A stretch of DNA of 64,000 bases from Pseudomonadota bacterium (GTDB lineage Bacteria; Verrucomicrobiota; Verrucomicrobiia; Limisphaerales; SXTU01), in NCBI GenBank assembly GCA_009924135.1, contig RFSE01000004.1, forward strand, positions 12,893 through 76,892, given 5' to 3'. Positions 60,457 to 64,000 of this stretch are shown piece by piece; the stretch's first letter is position 1, and each line of letters opens with the position of its first letter. A program made the position numbers and the translations under genes. The notes under the pieces were generated by a model. The model saw only the letters and a program-made list of their open reading frames with translations. It had not been told where the DNA came from and did no database searches.

Positions 60457-62091
60457 TTATTTTCTTTTCCTCTTCGCCGGACTGTCCGGCCCGGCCGGAA
60501 AACGACGCACCTCGACATCGTTCGTCTGGGGAGCGCCCGGCGTGCTGCGGCCATCGGTGATTAACTTCTCCAGCTGCACCCTCATCTCCGCGACTTTTTC
60601 CGGCATCGCGGCGGCGAGGTTCTTGGTTTCGCCGAGGTCGTCCGCGAGATTGTAGAGCTGCACGGGCTGCGACTGATCGCCGCCTTTGCCCCAGCCGCCC
60701 GAGCCGGGCGCGGGGATGTATTTCCACGAACCGCTGCGCACCGCCGGGGTGCCGCCGATGGAGGCACTCACGGCGTTTTCGCGGATGGGCTTGTCGCCGC
60801 CTTTAAGCAAGGGCATGAGGCTGAAGCTGTCCTCACCCGCAGTGTCAGGAAGCTTCACGGCAAACACATCGGCGAAGGTGCGGAGGAAGTCGGCCTGATA
60901 GACGAGCTGGCCGCACACGGTGCCCGGTTTCACCACGCCGGGCCAACGTACGATGAAGGGCACTCGATGGCCGCCTTCCCAGGCGTCCGCCTTGTAGCCG
61001 CGCAAGGGACCGCTCGGATAGTGCCCCATTTGTTCGAGCTCCTGCACCCCGATGTAGGGCGCGCAACCGTTGTCGGCGGTGAAGATGACGAGCGTATTAT
61101 CCGCCGCGCCGCTTTTCTCCAGCGCGTCGAGCACGCGCCCCACCACGGCATCGGTCTCCATCACGAAGTCGGCGAAGAGATTGAGGTGGCTCTTGTCCTT
61201 CCACTGCGGATTCACCGCGAGCGGCGTGTGCGGCGAGGTGAGCGGCAGGTAAACGAGGAAAGGTTCCTTCTTCTGCGCGGACTCTTTGATGAACTGGATC
61301 GTGCGGTCACCCAGCGCGGGCAAAATGCCTTCGAGTTTCCAATCCTTGACGGCCGGCCCCTGCTGGCTCGCCTGATTATTTCCCATCAATTGCGCGGGCA
61401 GGAATTCCGTGGGAATACCGACGGTGTGATCGTTTTCGATGAAACAAAACGGCGGCCAGTTGGGAACGCTGGTGCCGAAGTAGAGATCAAAGCCGCGCGT
61501 GGTCGGCCCGCCCGCGATGGGCTTGGAGAAGACGTCGCGCCAAACCGCGAGCTGCTGCTCGGTGGCGACGGCAGCGGCAGCGGCGGCCTTCTTTGCCTTC
61601 TTTGATGCCTGGCTAACCTCGTCATCGGGCTGCCTGGCAGGTGAAAGCAACGCCCGCTGCTCCTTTGTCATGGGCCAATCCATGCCCAGGTGCCATTTCC
61701 CGATGCACGCGGTGCGATAGCCCTGCTGCTTCGCCAGCGTGCCGATGGTCATGCGGTCCGGCGAGATCAAAGGCTCGCCAAACGCGCTGACGATTCCGCT
61801 CTGCAACCGCGTGCGCCAATGATAGCGCCCGGTGAGCAAGGTATAGCGCGAAGGCGAACACACCCCGGAGGACGAATGCCCGTCGGTGAAGCGCATGCCC
61901 TGCGCGGCGAGCTTGTCGATGTTCGGTGTGGGAATCTTCCCGCGCTGCGGGTTGTTGCACTGCACATCGCCGTAGCCGAGGTCGTCCGCGAGGATGACGA
62001 GGATGTTTGGCCGCTCCGGGGTCGCGGCGGGGAGCAGGACCTGCGAGACGAACCACAACGCGGCGAGCAGGGTGACTGGGAACTTCAGCAT
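60457..62091 (-). CDS. Sulfatase (arylsulfatase-A type)
   Basis: ATG at 62091 gives MLKFPVTLLAALWFVS... Contains NILVILADDLGYGD and GVCSPSRYTLLTGR. Confidence 0.9.
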   Translation of the reverse strand: MLKFPVTLLAALWFVSQVLLPAATPERPNILVILADDLGYGDVQCNNPQRGKIPTPNIDKLAAQGMRFTDGHSSSGVCSPSRYTLLTGRYHWRTRLQSGIVSAFGEPLISPDRMTIGTLAKQQGYRTACIGKWHLGMDWPMTKEQRALLSPARQPDDEVSQASKKAKKAAAAAAVATEQQLAVWRDVFSKPIAGGPTTRGFDLYFGTSVPNWPPFCFIENDHTVGIPTEFLPAQLMGNNQASQQGPAVKDWKLEGILPALGDRTIQFIKESAQKKEPFLVYLPLTSPHTPLAVNPQWKDKSHLNLFADFVMETDAVVGRVLDALEKSGAADNTLVIFTADNGCAPYIGVQELEQMGHYPSGPLRGYKADAWEGGHRVPFIVRWPGVVKPGTVCGQLVYQADFLRTFADVFAVKLPDTAGEDSFSLMPLLKGGDKPIRENAVSASIGGTPAVRSGSWKYIPAPGSGGWGKGGDQSQPVQLYNLADDLGETKNLAAAMPEKVAEMRVQLEKLITDGRSTPGAPQTNDVEVRRFPAGPDSPAKRKRK

Positions 62092-62136
62092 GGATTTCAG
62101 CGGTGGGGAGGTTTTCACACTTGCGGCCAAAGAGGT

Positions 62137-62976
62137 TCAAGACTTGGACAACGTTGCCGGCTCCGGGAGTTGCGGCGGCTCCTCAGACAGAACCTTCATT
62201 GGGTAGGTGTGTTTCGGACCCTGCTCCGATTTCAGGCCCAGGCCGAGTTCGAGATACACTACGCCGTCGCGCTGGGAGAACCTTGCGTTCTCCGGGTCCT
62301 TCACGCTGGCTTCGGCCGTGGTGCAGGCGTGCCAGCGTTGACCGTCGTGAACCCACGCGGGGCCGTAACCGGCGCGGCGCGGGATCTGCATGTCCTTGGT
62401 GCCGGCGTGTTCGAGGAAACCGCCGGCGTGACCGAGATAATGCGTGCCTTCCTTGCGCGTGCGGCCCGCGAGCAGCCACTCGTGCTGGTCCGCCGCGCCA
62501 AACCACGCGCTGAAAACGGTATGACCCTCCTCGTGTTTCACGTGGACATAAACCTGGTAGCGCGTCCCCACCTTCCACGGGTAGGCCAGCCGTCCCGCCC
62601 AGCCTGTGCCTTCGTGCGTGAACTGCCGGGTCTTGATCGAGCCAAACTTCTGGTCCGCCGGTTCGAGTTCCTTCGCGTCCTTGCCCCAGATGGAGAAGTT
62701 GATCGTGTCCCCGCCGGTGCCATCGTGATTTCCCGCCAGTCCCACGTACCCACCCGCGAATGCCACCGTCGTGTAGCTGCCGGACGGCGCAGCGACCGGG
62801 ATGATTTCACGATAAATCGCGGTGACCTGCTTCACCTTGACTGCCGGGCTGGCCCCGCAAAACGCCGCCAGCAGATGCCCGCGTGCGATGTGCGCCGGCA
62901 CCTCTGCGGCATCCAGCGCGCCGGCTAAAGGCAGGAGCCACAGCATCAAGGCAACGGCATGAAGCGGTTTGGTCAT
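62137..62976 (-). CDS. Secreted DUF3472-like protein
   Basis: 279 aa with a signal peptide. The FAGGYVGLAGN...NFSIWG...FTHEGTGWAGRLAYPWKVGTRYQVYV pattern resembles DUF3472, judged from memory only. Confidence 0.5.
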   Translation of the reverse strand: MTKPLHAVALMLWLLPLAGALDAAEVPAHIARGHLLAAFCGASPAVKVKQVTAIYREIIPVAAPSGSYTTVAFAGGYVGLAGNHDGTGGDTINFSIWGKDAKELEPADQKFGSIKTRQFTHEGTGWAGRLAYPWKVGTRYQVYVHVKHEEGHTVFSAWFGAADQHEWLLAGRTRKEGTHYLGHAGGFLEHAGTKDMQIPRRAGYGPAWVHDGQRWHACTTAEASVKDPENARFSQRDGVVYLELGLGLKSEQGPKHTYPMKVLSEEPPQLPEPATLSKS

Positions 62977-63052
62977 TCGGTTTACTCACACCGCCAGACG
63001 CTGCCAACCGATGGAAGGTTGCCACCGAACGGTCGGAAGCCGAATCGTGCAT

Positions 63053-63249
63053 TTAGCCGGACCGATTCAGTTGAGCCACGGATGGAACACGGATTAAACA
63101 CGGAGCCAACGGTGCCAGGACCGCTTCGCACCGCTGCTTGACCCGCACCGTTTGGTGCCGACAGGCAACTGCGACAAAACGCGTGCTCACCCATCCCCAT
63201 CCGTGTTCCATCCGTGTTTCTTCCGTGGTTAAAGAATCAGTCCGCTTAG
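63053..63249 (-). mobile_element. MITE, family A, inverted relative to the 46292-46492 copy
   Basis: TIRs are GCCGGACCGATTCAGTTGAGCCACGGATGGAACACGGA and the reverse complement of ...CCGTGTTTCTTCCGTGGTTAAAGAATCAGTCCGC. Flanked by direct TTAG. The core is the reverse complement of the arsC-arsD copy's core. Confidence 0.8.
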
Positions 63250-63404
63250 GCAACCTGCGCTCAACGGGGCACGCTGCTACCAAGCCCTGACCGTGACTCT
63301 TATGGCTTATTTCATCGGCGGCCGCTCTCAGGGAGCGGGACTCGATGACGGGAGGCCTGTTCGCTCGCCATCAATTGGAGACTCGTCACCTCGTCTCCTA
63401 CGAG

Positions 63405-63998
63405 TCATTTGGCCGCCTTCAGCTTCGCGATCAGGTAGTCCTCGGTCTTCGGGTGCTTCACGTCGGGCGCACCGGGATAGACGAGTTCGCATTCGACGCC
63501 GATGGCCTTGCACTTTTCCTGGAGTTTCACGCCGTAGTTGGCGGTGTGCGTGGGGTCCTTCTGCTCCTGGCCCAGCGCGGGTGCCGTGGAGTAGATCATC
63601 CAAATGGGGGGATCATCGGCAGTGACGTGCTCGATGGGCGAGTATTCCTTGATCCACGGCAACACGGACTCGCGCCCGGCGAGGAACGCGGCGAACTGGG
63701 TGTCGCGCGTCTTGTTGTCCTTGGGGTCCGGCATGAAACCGAAGGCATGACCACCGTAACGGCTGTTGGGCGTCCATTCCTTGAGCTGGATCGGGTCGAG
63801 CGACGTCTGGGCGCCAATGACGGCGGCGCACCAGAGGCGGGTGGATTCACGGGCGACGGGGTCCGCGCTCTTTGGGTCGGCGAGGTCGTTGTGGAAGGCG
63901 AGCCAGAGGCTGGAGCAAGCGCCCGCGCTGCCGCCCGTCGCACCGATGCGCTGCTTGTCGAGGTTCCATTCCTTGGTCTTGCTGCGGACGAACTGGAG
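63405..63998 (-). CDS. Alpha/beta-hydrolase (esterase-like), N-terminus outside window
   Basis: The minus frame is open to the window edge. My own translation reads ...LDKQRIGATGGSAGACSSLWLAFHNDL... (G-x-S-x-G nucleophile elbow), continuing into the track ORF 63405..63734. Confidence 0.65.
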   Translation of the reverse strand, partial: LQFVRSKTKEWNLDKQRIGATGGSAGACSSLWLAFHNDLADPKSADPVARESTRLWCAAVIGAQTSLDPIQLKEWTPNSRYGGHAFGFMPDPKDNKTRDTQFAAFLAGRESVLPWIKEYSPIEHVTADDPPIWMIYSTAPALGQEQKDPTHTANYGVKLQEKCKAIGVECELVYPGAPDVKHPKTEDYLIAKLKAAK

Positions 63999-64000
63999 CG

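Overview
This is a 64-kb, high-GC chromosomal window. I infer a PVC-superphylum origin, most likely Verrucomicrobiota, from gene content only: a PSCyt1/DUF1549/DUF1553 giant protein next to a DUF1501 protein, three sulfatases, DUF1080, DUF3472, NHL and secretin-N proteins.

Gene order:
- MMPL transporter 3' fragment
- An envelope/exopolysaccharide locus at 0.5-13.8 kb: aromatic-Pro repeat protein, GT4, TIM-barrel isomerase, flippase-like protein, O-antigen-ligase-like protein, orphan sigma-54 response regulator, Wzc-like tyrosine autokinase, Wza-like exporter, OM beta-barrel, and a secreted protein with a 21-bp VNTR. rpsU is embedded in this locus.
- HpcH aldolase, macro-domain protein, 2-hydroxyacid dehydrogenase, DUF2851
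- A csoR-like / PTS-IIA / mgtA operon
- OprB porin, PhoPQ-related hydrolase, lysC, marR, ClC channel
- A two-component system plus a MacAB/NodT efflux operon, in which macA is frameshifted
- NHL protein and a secretin-N protein
- thrC-hom, then a Mo-oxidoreductase
- arsR-arsC-(MITE)-arsD-arsA
- DUF1553 / membrane protein / DUF1501
- A sulfatase/DUF1080/DUF3472 cluster and a partial esterase

No rRNA, tRNA, CRISPR array, prophage or recognisable defence cassette was found.

The most unusual signal is structural rather than genic. There is a set of hairpin elements whose arms are short tandem repeats: about four 7-9-nt units, a spacer, then complementary units. The arm sequences differ between copies. 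Three of these elements sit in-frame inside hom and the DUF1553 gene.

There are also at least two classical MITE families with terminal inverted repeats and target-site duplications. One sits exactly on the arsC stop codon and one on the DUF1553 stop codon.

All function calls rest on motifs read by eye from the supplied translations. No database search was run.
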